DNA of 64,000 nucleotides, taken from NCBI GenBank assembly GCA_000965745.1, contig CP009479.1, forward strand, positions 1,920,001 through 1,984,000, in the 5' to 3' direction. The DNA comes from an uncultured archaeon. GTDB lineage: Archaea > Thermoplasmatota > Thermoplasmata > Thermoplasmatales > Thermoplasmataceae. The notes beneath the pieces are model-generated. The model was not told the origin of the DNA. It ran no database searches and saw nothing but the letters and a program-made list of their open reading frames with translations. Of this stretch, positions 49,503 through 59,923 are shown one piece after another. The position numbers and the translations under genes were made by a program. Each line of letters begins with the position of its first letter. The stretch's first letter is position 1.

Positions 49503-50339
49503 ATGAGCGGAAATGATGATAATGTGGTAAGGACGCGGGATTATTATGACAACAAAGATACTGATATATTCTACAGAAAGGCTTGGGGGGACGAGCACAT
49601 ACATCTTGGAATTTTCAAGGATTATTATGAGCCAATTCAGAGCGCATGCCTGAGAACTGTCAGGACGATGGCAGAAAAAGTAGGAAGCATAAGCAGTGAT
49701 ACGGAAGTCCTGGATATTGGTTCAGGGTATGGCGGTACCGCAAGGTATCTTGCTTCTACATACGGCTGCCACGTCAATGCACTCAATCTGAGTGAAGTTC
49801 AGAACAGGAGGTCTGAGGAACTTAACAGGAAGAGAAAGCTTCAGAGGAATATCAGTATTGTTGAGGGCAGCTTTGAAGACATGCCATTTGAAGACGAGAC
49901 CATGGATATATGCTGGTCCATAGACGCAATTCTACACAGTGGGAACAGGAAAAAAGTGGTAGAAGAGGTTTCGAGGGTTCTAAGGCCAGGAGGCGATTTT
50001 GTCTTTACCGATCCGATGAGAACCGACGGTTGCCCCCATGACATTCTTGAGCCGATTCTGGAAAGAATTCACCTGTCCGACATGGGATCACTCTCATTCT
50101 ACAGGTCTGAGGCAAGAGATGCTGGATTGGAAGAAGTGTCGTTCACCGACCTTTCACAACATCTAGTAAACACTTACGGGCGCGTTCTTGAGTTCACCGA
50201 AAATAACGAAGAAACTTTATCCGATGAAATAAGCAGGGAATTCATAGACCACATGGAGGAAGGCTTGAGGCATTGGGTTGAAGGTGGAAAGGAAGGGCAT
50301 CTTGGATGGGGGATTATGCATTTCAGGAAAAAGACATGA
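49503..50339 (+). CDS. Sarcosine/dimethylglycine N-methyltransferase-like SAM methyltransferase
   Basis: YYD..D.D.FY...WG.EHIHLG, LDIGSGYGG, NLSEVQN, FTDPM, RIHL, GL.HWV, LGWG; GAGGTGA RBS before ATG 49503. Confidence 0.8.
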   Translation: MSGNDDNVVRTRDYYDNKDTDIFYRKAWGDEHIHLGIFKDYYEPIQSACLRTVRTMAEKVGSISSDTEVLDIGSGYGGTARYLASTYGCHVNALNLSEVQNRRSEELNRKRKLQRNISIVEGSFEDMPFEDETMDICWSIDAILHSGNRKKVVEEVSRVLRPGGDFVFTDPMRTDGCPHDILEPILERIHLSDMGSLSFYRSEARDAGLEEVSFTDLSQHLVNTYGRVLEFTENNEETLSDEISREFIDHMEEGLRHWVEGGKEGHLGWGIMHFRKKT

Positions 50340-50870
50340 GAAAGCATGGATGTCCTCGTTTGGCCTGTTGGTTTTCCCACAGTCATATTTTTGCAGGCCC
50401 AACATAACACCACATCCTTCACGTCTATCCGCCAACGGTTTCCAGTAACCTCGGCGGACACACTCCCAAAGCCCGTCGGCTTATTTATCTGATTATTATT
50501 TCTGAAGTAAAATTTAATACCGTAACAGTGTGTTTGATTTCTGGCAGGCAGGCCGTTGAACAAGAAATAATAGGATGAAGGAGAGTACATTAACCTCTGA
50601 GCTGGCAGCTTTGGCAATGATGCTTTCTGCCTTAGTGGTCGTTTTTGAGCCTCTGGCCGAACATGGGCCGGCCGGCGCCATGCCTGCGAACTCGGATGGT
50701 GGAGACATGACAATACTTGTAAACAGACACCATGCAGCATTTCAGGCAAACCAACACCATTTTCTATTTTAGGAAAGGCATGAATAAGACCGTCCAATTT
50801 CGCACTAGTTTTTCATCTCTGCGGTCAAAATATCAGTTAACCCCGAAGTCGAAGGTTGCCTTGAGCAGGC

Positions 50871-51677
50871 TTAACCGTTTTGCGTCCCTTTCCTGTCAAT
50901 TTCTTCAGATATCTTTCTGGCCTTATTGGTTGCAGCCTCTATTGCCCTCATAAATGCAGTTCTTATGCCGGAGTTTTCAAGTTCGTAGAGCGCATCTATT
51001 GTCACCCCGCCAGGAGTCGTAACCAGGTCCCTGAGTTCCGATACATGGCTGTTTCCCTCTGCAACAAGCTTAGCAGAACCAAGTATTGTCTGGTAGGAAC
51101 TCCTGAGGGCGAGTTCCCTTGGAAGGCCGACTTTGAGGCCTGCATAAACCATGGCCTCTATGATGGTGAATATGTAAGCCGGCCCAGAGCCACTCATCGC
51201 CGTGAGTGCGTCCATATACCTCTCTTCCACCTTCTCTGTCTTGCCGAAACTGTTCAGAAGCCTTGAAACAACCCCCTCCTCACTCTCGCTGAGGTCGTCC
51301 GATGAATATACGGTATAGCCCCCTCCAACCCTGGCAGCCACATTTGTCATTGCCCGAACTACTTTTGAATCCGGGATCAGCGATTTGATTTTTGATGTAC
51401 TGAGGGCTGCAGCTAGTGAAATTACTATCTTCCCCCTGGTATGATCTCCTATCTTCTCCAGGAGAAAAAGAGTATCCAATGGTTTCAGAACCATGAGTAT
51501 AATTTCCGCTTCCTGTGCTGCAACTATGTTGTCGCTCATGGTCCGGATGCCAAGGTTTTCCAGTTTCTCAAGTTTGGCAGCCGACCTCCTGGTTACTGTC
51601 ACTTCGTGTCCGCTACTGTTGAGTGCCTCTGCTGCTGCCGATCCTATTGTTCCCCCACCAAGTACTGAAACTCTCAT
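50871..51677 (-). CDS. proC: Pyrroline-5-carboxylate reductase
   Basis: GGGTIG, RAMTN, SGSGPAY, VTTPGGVT. Confidence 0.95.
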   Translation of the reverse strand: MRVSVLGGGTIGSAAAEALNSSGHEVTVTRRSAAKLEKLENLGIRTMSDNIVAAQEAEIILMVLKPLDTLFLLEKIGDHTRGKIVISLAAALSTSKIKSLIPDSKVVRAMTNVAARVGGGYTVYSSDDLSESEEGVVSRLLNSFGKTEKVEERYMDALTAMSGSGPAYIFTIIEAMVYAGLKVGLPRELALRSSYQTILGSAKLVAEGNSHVSELRDLVTTPGGVTIDALYELENSGIRTAFMRAIEAATNKARKISEEIDRKGTQNG

Positions 51678-51778
51678 ATTACGTATTTTGGCATGTCAAT
51701 AATTAACACATAAACGTTTCTGTCCCTTTTCTGTCAAACTGCTCCCCTATCGGCAGGAAAATCGGCAGAATCCTGATT

Positions 51779-52342
51779 TTAGAGTCTGCGCCCCAGCTCT
51801 TTTTCTGATATGGCTTCGTATGTTTTCAGGTCCGGCTCACTGTAAAGCACAAAACGTATCTTTTCCAAATGTGTTTCTTTTGAGCTCACGTACTCAATAA
51901 CAGTTCTTACAGCAATCCGGCCAGCCTCACACACCGGATAGCCGTATGCACCAGTGCTTATGGATGGAAATGACATGGATCCTATGCCTTCACCATCTGC
52001 AAGCTCGAGGCAATTTCTGTAGCAGTTCTCAAGAACCCTGCCCTCACCGGAATTGCCCCCTCTCCAGACGGGCCCTACGGTGTGTATGACAAAATCTGCT
52101 TTCAGGTTTCCACCTGATGTTATTACTGCCTTTCCAGCTGGCAGGCCATCTGGCCAGCTCTCATTCCTTATTTTTGCACACTCGTCTTTGATTTTCGGCC
52201 CTCCTGCCCTGTGTATGGCACCATCAACTCCACCACCACCCATTAGGGATGAGTTCGCTGCATTGACAATTGCTTCCGTGCCTTGTGTCGTAATGTCTCC
52301 GCGGACAATCTCAAGTTCAACTCTGCCTATTTTGAAACGCAT
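51779..52342 (-). CDS. Macro domain protein (O-acetyl-ADP-ribose deacetylase type)
   Basis: GDIT, IVNAAN..LMGGGGVDGAIHRAGG, HTVGP, ISTGAYGYP. Confidence 0.93.
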   Translation of the reverse strand: MRFKIGRVELEIVRGDITTQGTEAIVNAANSSLMGGGGVDGAIHRAGGPKIKDECAKIRNESWPDGLPAGKAVITSGGNLKADFVIHTVGPVWRGGNSGEGRVLENCYRNCLELADGEGIGSMSFPSISTGAYGYPVCEAGRIAVRTVIEYVSSKETHLEKIRFVLYSEPDLKTYEAISEKELGRRL

Positions 52343-52410
52343 GTCTGGTTGAATCCAGTAGACAGGCTTAATCTCTCCGCATCCGGCCAGCACGGTCGTT
52401 TCAAGAATGG

Positions 52411-53187
52411 TCAGTATTTTAAGGTTATGGTGCCAAAATTCAGGGAGTCTCCAGGCGGGAGTCTCACTTCTCCAAATTCCAGGCCTAATTGTGTCCCCTG
52501 ATGGTTGAATGTGATGCTTCCCTGCTTATAAACGCCGAAAAGGTCTGACCATGAAACAAGGGTGTCATTGTAGTATGGGAACCCGACAGCTACGGGCCCG
52601 GTTGCGGGAAAGGAATACGACTCCGAAAAACCGAATGTGCTTGGTACGATGGTAAAGTTCTGTGGGCTCGATCCATAGGGGGTATAATTGTACAGGGTTG
52701 TATTGCCTGAGATCGGGATGAACAAATGGTAACTGAAGGAGTAAGTCTGCAATTCATCCCCTGTGTTGTTGATAGCGATACTCTGGATTACGCTATCATT
52801 GGTCAGAACTGACAGAACCGTCACAACATCAGTCTTGAAGGTGGTATTTTCATAGACGGTGTAGCTGCCGTTATTCTTCAGGTACACGGCATTATCGTTT
52901 AGTATTCCGGTAACGGTGTCTCCAGGCGGAAAGGTGACAAAGTAGTCAGTAAGCGAGCTGTTTGCACCAGGCGGATTCAGGTGATATGCACTTAGACCGA
53001 TTGTACTAAGTGTGTTGTTTCCTGCTTCGAGTGACCTGGCATCAAAATTGGCGAGGTTGAAGTGAGTGTTTCCAGCCGAGTTGTTATTCGGGAAAAGTGA
53101 GGGAAAAATCAAGGCCATTATGATTATGGACACTATTACAACTCCACCAATTATGCTTGAAGCCATTATTTTCCTGTCTCTATCCAT
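52411..53187 (-). CDS. Membrane-anchored extracellular protein
   Basis: N-terminal TM; Asn/Thr/Ser-rich beta-type sequence with sequons. Confidence 0.75.
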   Translation of the reverse strand: MDRDRKIMASSIIGGVVIVSIIIMALIFPSLFPNNNSAGNTHFNLANFDARSLEAGNNTLSTIGLSAYHLNPPGANSSLTDYFVTFPPGDTVTGILNDNAVYLKNNGSYTVYENTTFKTDVVTVLSVLTNDSVIQSIAINNTGDELQTYSFSYHLFIPISGNTTLYNYTPYGSSPQNFTIVPSTFGFSESYSFPATGPVAVGFPYYNDTLVSWSDLFGVYKQGSITFNHQGTQLGLEFGEVRLPPGDSLNFGTITLKY

Positions 53188-53216
53188 TTATCCGCACCTC
53201 CTCATAAATCACTGCC

Positions 53217-53933
53217 TTATCCCATCGATACAGCAATGGGCCCATACGTTGTAGCACTTGCAGCATTTCCTAGAGGGCCCAGCATAAGATCCAGCGAAGA
53301 TTGGGCCTTTACGGCAGAAAATATTCCGTAGTCATACTCATTCTGGTATGTGAACTGGTCCCATGAAAGCGTCAGCGAACTGTAGTAGAAGTTCTCATAA
53401 AACGAGCTCAACTGGTCTCCGAGAACATAATGCCCGGGGCCGGTGGAATTCAGGCTTTTTCCCGGGAACAGCCCCGATACAGAAGCAGAATCAGGCTTTG
53501 CAGTTGAGAAATTCATCCCCATGTACGTTGATCCACCGGAATTAACTATCGAAATATCTATTGTCCCCTGATCAAGCCCATAAACGAAAGTCATCCTATC
53601 GTACTTGAACTGGTCAATCACGCCGACAGTATTCTGAACCCTGTCATTTATCCTGTTTACCTTTCCCGATGTAAGCGGCTCTTTCAACAATACTCCATTG
53701 GAATTGTAATAAGCAGTAGGCGTAACTGTCACCGATAAGCCGTGGGATGATAGTATAACCGTTTCGTTGTTAATAACTTCAATCGTGTAGTTTCCGACTG
53801 TGTAACGGGCGCTAGTCTTGTATATAACCTGATTTTGGGCATTCTCCTTTGCAGCCGACAAAGGCGCCCAAGCTGCTACTGAACTTATGAATATTGCAAT
53901 CATCAGCAGAGAGATTACTTTGGAATATTGCAC
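53217..53933 (-). CDS. Secreted protein
   Basis: Signal peptide; beta-rich with N-x-S/T sequons. Confidence 0.75.
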   Translation of the reverse strand: MQYSKVISLLMIAIFISSVAAWAPLSAAKENAQNQVIYKTSARYTVGNYTIEVINNETVILSSHGLSVTVTPTAYYNSNGVLLKEPLTSGKVNRINDRVQNTVGVIDQFKYDRMTFVYGLDQGTIDISIVNSGGSTYMGMNFSTAKPDSASVSGLFPGKSLNSTGPGHYVLGDQLSSFYENFYYSSLTLSWDQFTYQNEYDYGIFSAVKAQSSLDLMLGPLGNAASATTYGPIAVSMG

Positions 53934-54036
53934 CAGTAATCAAACCTAATGAACCAATATAAATATTTTTAGATCCTATTTCCCGATATATATAGTTAAA
54001 ATTTCGTGTTATGTCATATCTCATACCAGTTCCAGA

Positions 54037-54645
54037 TCAGCCAGTATACGCTTGATTCTGGGAATGACCAAGCAAGTAACCTCCAAATGCTATCTGCCAG
54101 AGAAGTATCGGATAGAATATCATCCTCTCCGCACCACCCGGGCCCAATATGTAATCGAACCCAACATATCCTCCAAAATATGAAACAAAGGAGAAAATTC
54201 CGGCAAGAACGGATATTTTAGCCATGGCTCCGGAAGTCATTCTATAGGCAAGTATGCTGCTTAAGGCCCCGAACACAAATATCAGGTTAGCCCCAAGGTA
54301 ATGGGTCGTTGGAAAAACATCCCAGGGCGATAATCCTACAAGAAGGAATCCAAGGCCTGCCAGGGTATATATTACTGGCCTTATTTTGAAGCCGCCATTG
54401 CGGAAGAGGAGATACGTGCTCCAAAGCCAGAGTACCCCTACAATGATAACTGAAATGTTCCAGAAAATCTCAGTGGTTACACCTGCACCACCCAGGTAAC
54501 TTATTGCCTGGCTCCTTTCAGAATAGGAAGGATAGACTGCCGTTGCTGCAGTGATTGACATAAGGGCGATGATTCCGCCTAAAGCAAAACCTGTTCCAGG
54601 ATTTCGTCTTTTGCCAGAGGTGGCGATTTCATAGGAAGAACTCAT
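54037..54645 (-). CDS. DUF998-family membrane protein
   Basis: YPSYS..QAISYLG, VG..P....H, GPGGAERMIFYP. Confidence 0.8.
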   Translation of the reverse strand: MSSSYEIATSGKRRNPGTGFALGGIIALMSITAATAVYPSYSERSQAISYLGGAGVTTEIFWNISVIIVGVLWLWSTYLLFRNGGFKIRPVIYTLAGLGFLLVGLSPWDVFPTTHYLGANLIFVFGALSSILAYRMTSGAMAKISVLAGIFSFVSYFGGYVGFDYILGPGGAERMIFYPILLWQIAFGGYLLGHSQNQAYTG

Positions 54646-55199
54646 GCAAGAACACCATCATGCTCACCAAAGGAGCATGAGGTTCCGTGAGCTACCCGAA
54701 TTTAATAATTTATGCACCAATGATACTGTCATGAGGAACAGATCTGAGTCTCGAACTTGAGACGTACCAGAAAATAGGACCTCGTACGGTTTCGTCGGGG
54801 AAAGTGCTGTGAATTACCCTTTCTCATCCGGTGCCAGTGTTGGAGCAAGAATTATAGTGCTTAATATGGGAAGAGCAATAGACCAGATTATCAGGATTAG
54901 ATAACTCTGAATGATTTCTCCACGTAAAATCAACCGAAAAGATATGTATGCTAATCCCACGGAAGTGGGGCCAAAAAACAGAAACACTTCTCCAACTCTC
55001 TTTCTGAAGGAAGTCAATCCGCACACTCTCCCTATATAGCCTTGCTCTCCACCAATAATTTTCCCATGCAAAATCAAAGAAGTAATTTGTGATCTTTACC
55101 TATACGTAACGCATTAAGTAATTGCGCATAATTTCTTAAGGATTCTATTTGGCTACGAATCCTCATCAAACTGCTCTGTAACAGACCAGATCAAGTCTC

Positions 55200-55428
55200 C
55201 TACTGTGTGAAAATACCGGTTGCGGGTACGCCCTTTGATCTTACGAGTTCCAACACTCCTTCCATTGCATTGAGATCGGGGGAATATGGAGGGAGGAGTT
55301 CGAGGATAATGTGCGGATTGTTCTCCGGGAATTCCTTCAGCAGATTCGCATGATGGTACTTTGCATTGTCCAGGACCATGTGGACCTCCCCTGATATAGG
55401 AGAAATGGTCACCGGGAATTCCCTGACC
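55200..55428 (-). mobile_element. IS630-family transposase C-terminal fragment
   Basis: VHMVLDNAKYHHA...LELLPPYSPDLNAME. Confidence 0.85.
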
Positions 55429-55518
55429 GTGATCTCCTTTCCCTTTCCTGACAGTGAAACTTTGTTTGGAGAGCACCTTGACAACGTCCTCTCCTGAAAC
55501 AACTGGTAGTTTATGCAT
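55429..55518 (-). pseudogene. hicA: Truncated HicA toxin (interrupted by IS630 fragment)
   Basis: MHKLPVVSGEDVVKVLSKQSFTVRKGKGDH, then homology to the 56276 HicA stops. Confidence 0.8.
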
Positions 55519-55720
55519 CCAGGAGAACTTCCTCCCCAACATCCTGAGGTATGGGTTTTTCGTCTTCCTTGAGTACCTTTATGTAGAGTTCAATCGCCTC
55601 TTTGATATTATTGAGTGCCTCCTCAATGGTTTCACCTTCGGAGATACAGCCGGGCAAAGCTGGAACCGTGACGGTAAAACCGCCTTCCTCCTGAGGCTCA
55701 AGAATAACGGTAAACTTTAT
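55511..55720 (-). CDS. hicB: HicB antitoxin, second copy, with ATA in the start position; not in ORF track
   Basis: IKFTVILEPQEEGGFTVTVPALPGCISEGETIEEALNNIKEAIELYIKVLKEDEKPIPQDVGEEVLLDA; same length as 56487..56696. Confidence 0.75.
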   Translation of the reverse strand: MKFTVILEPQEEGGFTVTVPALPGCISEGETIEEALNNIKEAIELYIKVLKEDEKPIPQDVGEEVLLDA

Positions 55721-56039
55721 AAGTATTGGATTGGAATTATTGATCTAATTATCATGGTGGAGTTCGATAGAAGCACTTCCTATGATTCCAATCATCTGTG
55801 TCTTGGGAATAATCAGATGTTAGAGGCTCCAGGAAAAGAAATATCGCCAGACAGGATGTATTGTATCTGTCTGTTGAAGCCTGTTCGATGTTTTGAAATT
55901 TTGGCTTAAAATTCTCTTGGTGCCCCATCGATTGTATATCTAAGTTGTTGCGAATCGGCTAAGACCCGTGTTTATGTGGGAATGGAAAATAAAATCGTCA
56001 AGAGGTTAGAAATCTGAAAGTTGGAAATATGGCGACTCA

Positions 56040-56052
56040 AAGGATAGGTAGG
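56040..56052. repeat. 13-bp direct repeat of the tRNA-Cys 3' end (att-like)
   Basis: AAGGATAGGTAGG at 56040-56052 equals 57777-57789. Confidence 0.65.
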
Positions 56053-56275
56053 TATCTACTACCAAAGATGGTTATGAAATATTTGAACTATTTAACCATA
56101 GAAAGCTCAAAATCCCGCATTTAGAAATTTTTGAATTCATGAATATGGGGGAAATCAAAATTTCCCAAGGATACTGCTTTACATATAATTCCTATTTATC
56201 AAATAATGGATGAAACCCACACCTCAAATAGTTTAATAAATGGATTTTAGTGGAAAAGTCAATTCGAATAGGATA

Positions 56276-56494
56276 TTACAAGAGCCTGATAAACTCGTCT
56301 ACTGTAAGGCCAGCCTGTTTGATAATTGCCCTCAAAATACCAGGACCGAGTTCCTTGTGATTTGGAACCGTTATTTTCTTTCCTTCACTGTTCACCAGTG
56401 TAATATGACTTCCAGTTTGATGATCGAAAACGAAACCTGCTTTCGATAGTGCCTTTATAACATCCGTGCCTGACAGAACTGGCAAATTAGGCAT
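56276..56494 (-). CDS. hicA: HicA toxin
   Basis: LSG.DVIKAL.KAGF..HQTGSH, ITVPNHKEL..GIL.AI. Confidence 0.92.
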   Translation of the reverse strand: MPNLPVLSGTDVIKALSKAGFVFDHQTGSHITLVNSEGKKITVPNHKELGPGILRAIIKQAGLTVDEFIRLL

Positions 56495-56696
56495 CCAGTA
56501 CTACTTCCTCTCCGACATCTTCTGGGATTGGCTCATTATGTTTCCTTAGTGAGCCTATATAGGATTCTATGGCTTCCTTGGCATTTTCGAGTGCCTCCTC
56601 CCTGGTTTTACCCTGAGTAAAGCATCCGGGAAGAGCGGGGACGCTTACTACGTAGTAGCCATCTTCATCTCTCTCAAGGATGACGGTGTATTTCAC
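56487..56696 (-). CDS. hicB: HicB antitoxin
   Basis: YTVILERDEDGYYVVSVPALPGCFTQGKTREEALENAKEAI. Confidence 0.92.
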   Translation of the reverse strand: MKYTVILERDEDGYYVVSVPALPGCFTQGKTREEALENAKEAIESYIGSLRKHNEPIPEDVGEEVVLDA

Positions 56697-56769
56697 ATAG
56701 ATCCTATGAAATGTTCAGAAATAAAGATTTCCTATTGAAGGATTATAATTTAAGTCTTTTCCAGAAGGA

Positions 56770-57573
56770 ACTTGTTCCCCCCACAAGTAATCCGAATACT
56801 ACAGATCCGTTATGAAGGATGTTCAAAGCGTATACCACGATGTAAATCTGGTAAAAGGAGAAAAAATTAAGGATCATCGATGTAATAGTCATGGCTGGTA
56901 ATGCTCTTCTTCCTAGAAGAAATCTAAAAACCCATCTTCACCTCTTCTAAGAACTTCTCATGCCCTTCTTCTTCCGGACGACGAACCTTTTGCATAGAAG
57001 CAGGAATCCCTAGCATTCCAATTGCAATGGCAGAAATGGCAAATGTGATTGAATTGAATATGAAGCCTGGCGTAAATCCAACTAGGCCAATCAGGATACC
57101 CCCCCAAAGGGCTCCCAATAATTCTCGCTATCGTCTCTCCCCTTGCAAAAATCCATTACCATCAGTCAAATTTTCTTTTTTCACAAGTGAAAGCAGCAAA
57201 GCCGATGAAGCAGGGTCAAAGACTGCTCCAAAGATTGAGATTATAACAACTGCTCCAAAAATGGCAATGGAGTTAAATCCCATAATGATGACAATGGCCG
57301 CGAGAATGGCCATAGCACAAGCGCGAACTAGGTCTGATATTATCATGAGTTTTCTTCTATCGTGACGGTCTACCAAGGCGCCCGCAAAACCCCTATGGTA
57401 AGCATAGGGACAAATTCTGCAACACCCAGCAATGTGAGGAGCAAAGCAGTATGGGTGGTTGCGTAAATTATCCATTCTATTACTACGTTTCCAACTGCAT
57501 ATCCACTTGCTGAAACGATAGTTACGAACCATAGTGATCTGAAGTTTCTATTTCTAAAGACATTGATAGGCAT
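56770..57573 (-). pseudogene. Frameshifted MFS efflux transporter
   Basis: Consecutive fragments in different frames: FRNRNFRSLW..., FAGALVDRHDRRKLMIISDLVRA...FDPA, WGGILIG...FNSITF; left boundary approximate. Confidence 0.8.
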
Positions 57574-57777
57574 ATTACGGTCATCCCCCCTCTTTTTAAC
57601 CGTTTGCAACATTTTTCTCGTATTTTCAATCACGTTGTTGTTTTATGCGCTCTTAATGTGGTCTACGATGACTGATGCCACATTCTATTGCAATAACAAT
57701 TAAAGATAATAATACTGGCGTTTAAAGCCGCAAAATTGGTCATTTTAAGTATATTCACATATTTATATAGAATAATA

Positions 57778-57849
57778 AGGATAGGTAGGGATTCGAACCC
57801 TAATAGATGGGATCTGCAGTCCCACGCATAGCCGCTCTGCCACCTATCC
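57778..57849 (-). tRNA. tRNA-Cys (GCA)
   Basis: GGATAGG/CCTATCC acceptor stem, TGGGA-CTGCAGA-TCCCA anticodon arm, GGTTCGAATCC T-arm, U discriminator; no intron, CCA not encoded. Confidence 0.95.
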
Positions 57850-58197
57850 ATTTACGGGCGCAATCCCGCGGTATGGTGAATATGAGAAATCGTTTAATAC
57901 TTTTCTCAAAAATAAGGATTTGAGCGAGTACCATCACAGCGATATCGTGCGTAGGCTGAATAAAAATATGACAAAGACGATAATGAATCTTGAGGGTTTG
58001 AACAACCTATTGCAGGAGTCATTGTCCTGAATTATGGCTGAATACCACCTGAATGTGTTGAGTAATTCTGAACTGTGTGCTCTATTATGAAGTTCCATGG
58101 TTCCTCCCAATATTCTCACTTTTCATCGCTATCCATTACAACAACGTGAAAGCCTCCCCCGCTCAATTTTGTTAATTCCGGAGGTGGTACGATGCAG

Positions 58198-58872
58198 TCA
58201 GAGGACGGTGAAATGCAATATTCCGATCTGTCCCCAACCGTCTGCAGAAACCACTGTGTAGGTCCCAGGTGAAAATTCATGGAATACATGGTCCTGCAAA
58301 TTCCCTGTCCAGTATCCCGAAAGGGTTATGCTCCCTGATAAGTCTGTAGTTCCAAGGTAAGTGGTTTCTGAGGGCGAACTGTACATTTTAGCATGAGTGC
58401 TGTGCGGTAGGAACTGATAGTAACCTACGTGATACATCAAAGGGCATGAGTATATCGCTGGCTTGTTTATGGTAAGCGGTGAGGCCTGGTCAAGGTTTGA
58501 TGCACTATAATTCCCATTCAGAACTGCTATCCCGTAATGTGTTGAGGCGCACGGGTTCATGCTGAACACATAGGGCGAGCTGAACTGGGGGTAGTTGGAT
58601 TGAGGCGGGAGGTCATTCCACATCAGTAGTGTGTTCATAACCGATACTGAAATGCTGATATTGGCGCCTTGGGAAATCTTTTCACTGCTAATCCTGGTTG
58701 TGAGTGCCAGGCCAGTGGTATAGTTTACAGAATAAGCACTTGATTTAGTAGGTGGAATGGCGGAAGGGCTGTAAAGCTGAACACTGATTGCAGCTGATAC
58801 ACCAAGAATGGCCACAGCCGCTGCAACAATAGCAACCATCGTTCTATTCACAACGATGGCATTTCCGCTCAT
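58198..58872 (-). CDS. Membrane-anchored extracellular protein
   Basis: N-terminal TM; C-terminal F.PGTYTVV..DGWGQ; two Cys. Confidence 0.75.
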   Translation of the reverse strand: MSGNAIVVNRTMVAIVAAAVAILGVSAAISVQLYSPSAIPPTKSSAYSVNYTTGLALTTRISSEKISQGANISISVSVMNTLLMWNDLPPQSNYPQFSSPYVFSMNPCASTHYGIAVLNGNYSASNLDQASPLTINKPAIYSCPLMYHVGYYQFLPHSTHAKMYSSPSETTYLGTTDLSGSITLSGYWTGNLQDHVFHEFSPGTYTVVSADGWGQIGILHFTVL

Positions 58873-58957
58873 ATAATAATTAACAGATTAGTGTATTAAA
58901 GCTTTGTCAATTACAGGTGAAGGTTGAATAATAACTTGTTTGAGCATAAGAACTGGC

Positions 58958-59923
58958 TCAAAATTGATTCTTGTATTTCTCCAGAAGTTGGATCCTCTTT
59001 GCAGGGTGGGGATGATCACTGAACATTCCGGCAAACCTGGACAGTTTTGTTGTTTTCCACTGGTTAACCAGCTGTTCCGGATCCATCAGTTCAGCTTCAC
59101 TGAATCCCGAAAATAACAGCATGTTGGCAAAGAAGTTTGAGTCGGTAGGCCTGACTGCCCTTCCAGCACGCTTCCTGTATGACCTGCTTGAGCTTATCAC
59201 TATCTTCGCGAGTGCCGTCTGGAGCTTGCCGGCCCCGCCGGGAACAGTTTTTGCAGCATTGATGTCTGCATAGGATTCCCTCATCCTGTTTATGCCAAGT
59301 ATCATCAGGTTGAAAATGAAACTTACAATGATGAGCAATATCGCAAATATAACGAAGATACCGCCATTTCTGTCTTCCATCATTCCGGAAAACATCAGCA
59401 TGTAACCTAGGTAGAAGAGGATTGTCGGTATCAGGCCAATGGCCATAAGAAGCTCCACGTCCCTGTGCTTAAGGTGGCCGACTTCATGCCCAACAACTGC
59501 CTCAAGCTCATCCCTGTCAAGGATGTTCAGGGCTCCCCGTGTAACGGCAATCCTTCTGCCTGCTACTGGAGAGCTGTACACAAAGGCATTTGGCATGGCT
59601 ATTTCAGATATGTACAATGTTGGAGTCCTGACATTATTAGCTGCTGACACCCTCTCGATCATATCCTGAAGCCAGAAAAGTTGTGTATCATTTGGATCGA
59701 CCTTCTTTGTTCTGAATGTCATGCCTATAATGTATGGCCCTAGCAGCCACTGTACTATATCCAGGACAAGCACGAATGCAAGAATGAACGTAAGAGTGCT
59801 GAACAGGCTTGCTATGTTGAAGAAATACGTGGCTACACCCAGCACTATAAATGCAGCGAGCAACGCAATCAGAATTCCTACAAGAATAGTGGCAATTCTG
59901 AGTTTTGCGGAGTATATGTCCAT
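58958..59923 (-). CDS. htpX: Zn metalloprotease HtpX
   Basis: PNAF, ELEAVVGHEVGHLKHRD, RESYAD, FSDHP...RI. Confidence 0.92.
   Translation of the reverse strand: MDIYSAKLRIATILVGILIALLAAFIVLGVATYFFNIASLFSTLTFILAFVLVLDIVQWLLGPYIIGMTFRTKKVDPNDTQLFWLQDMIERVSAANNVRTPTLYISEIAMPNAFVYSSPVAGRRIAVTRGALNILDRDELEAVVGHEVGHLKHRDVELLMAIGLIPTILFYLGYMLMFSGMMEDRNGGIFVIFAILLIIVSFIFNLMILGINRMRESYADINAAKTVPGGAGKLQTALAKIVISSSRSYRKRAGRAVRPTDSNFFANMLLFSGFSEAELMDPEQLVNQWKTTKLSRFAGMFSDHPHPAKRIQLLEKYKNQF

Noticed and set aside
50174-50797. 207-aa minus-strand ORF
   Set aside because: Overlaps the methyltransferase antisense and has non-protein-like composition
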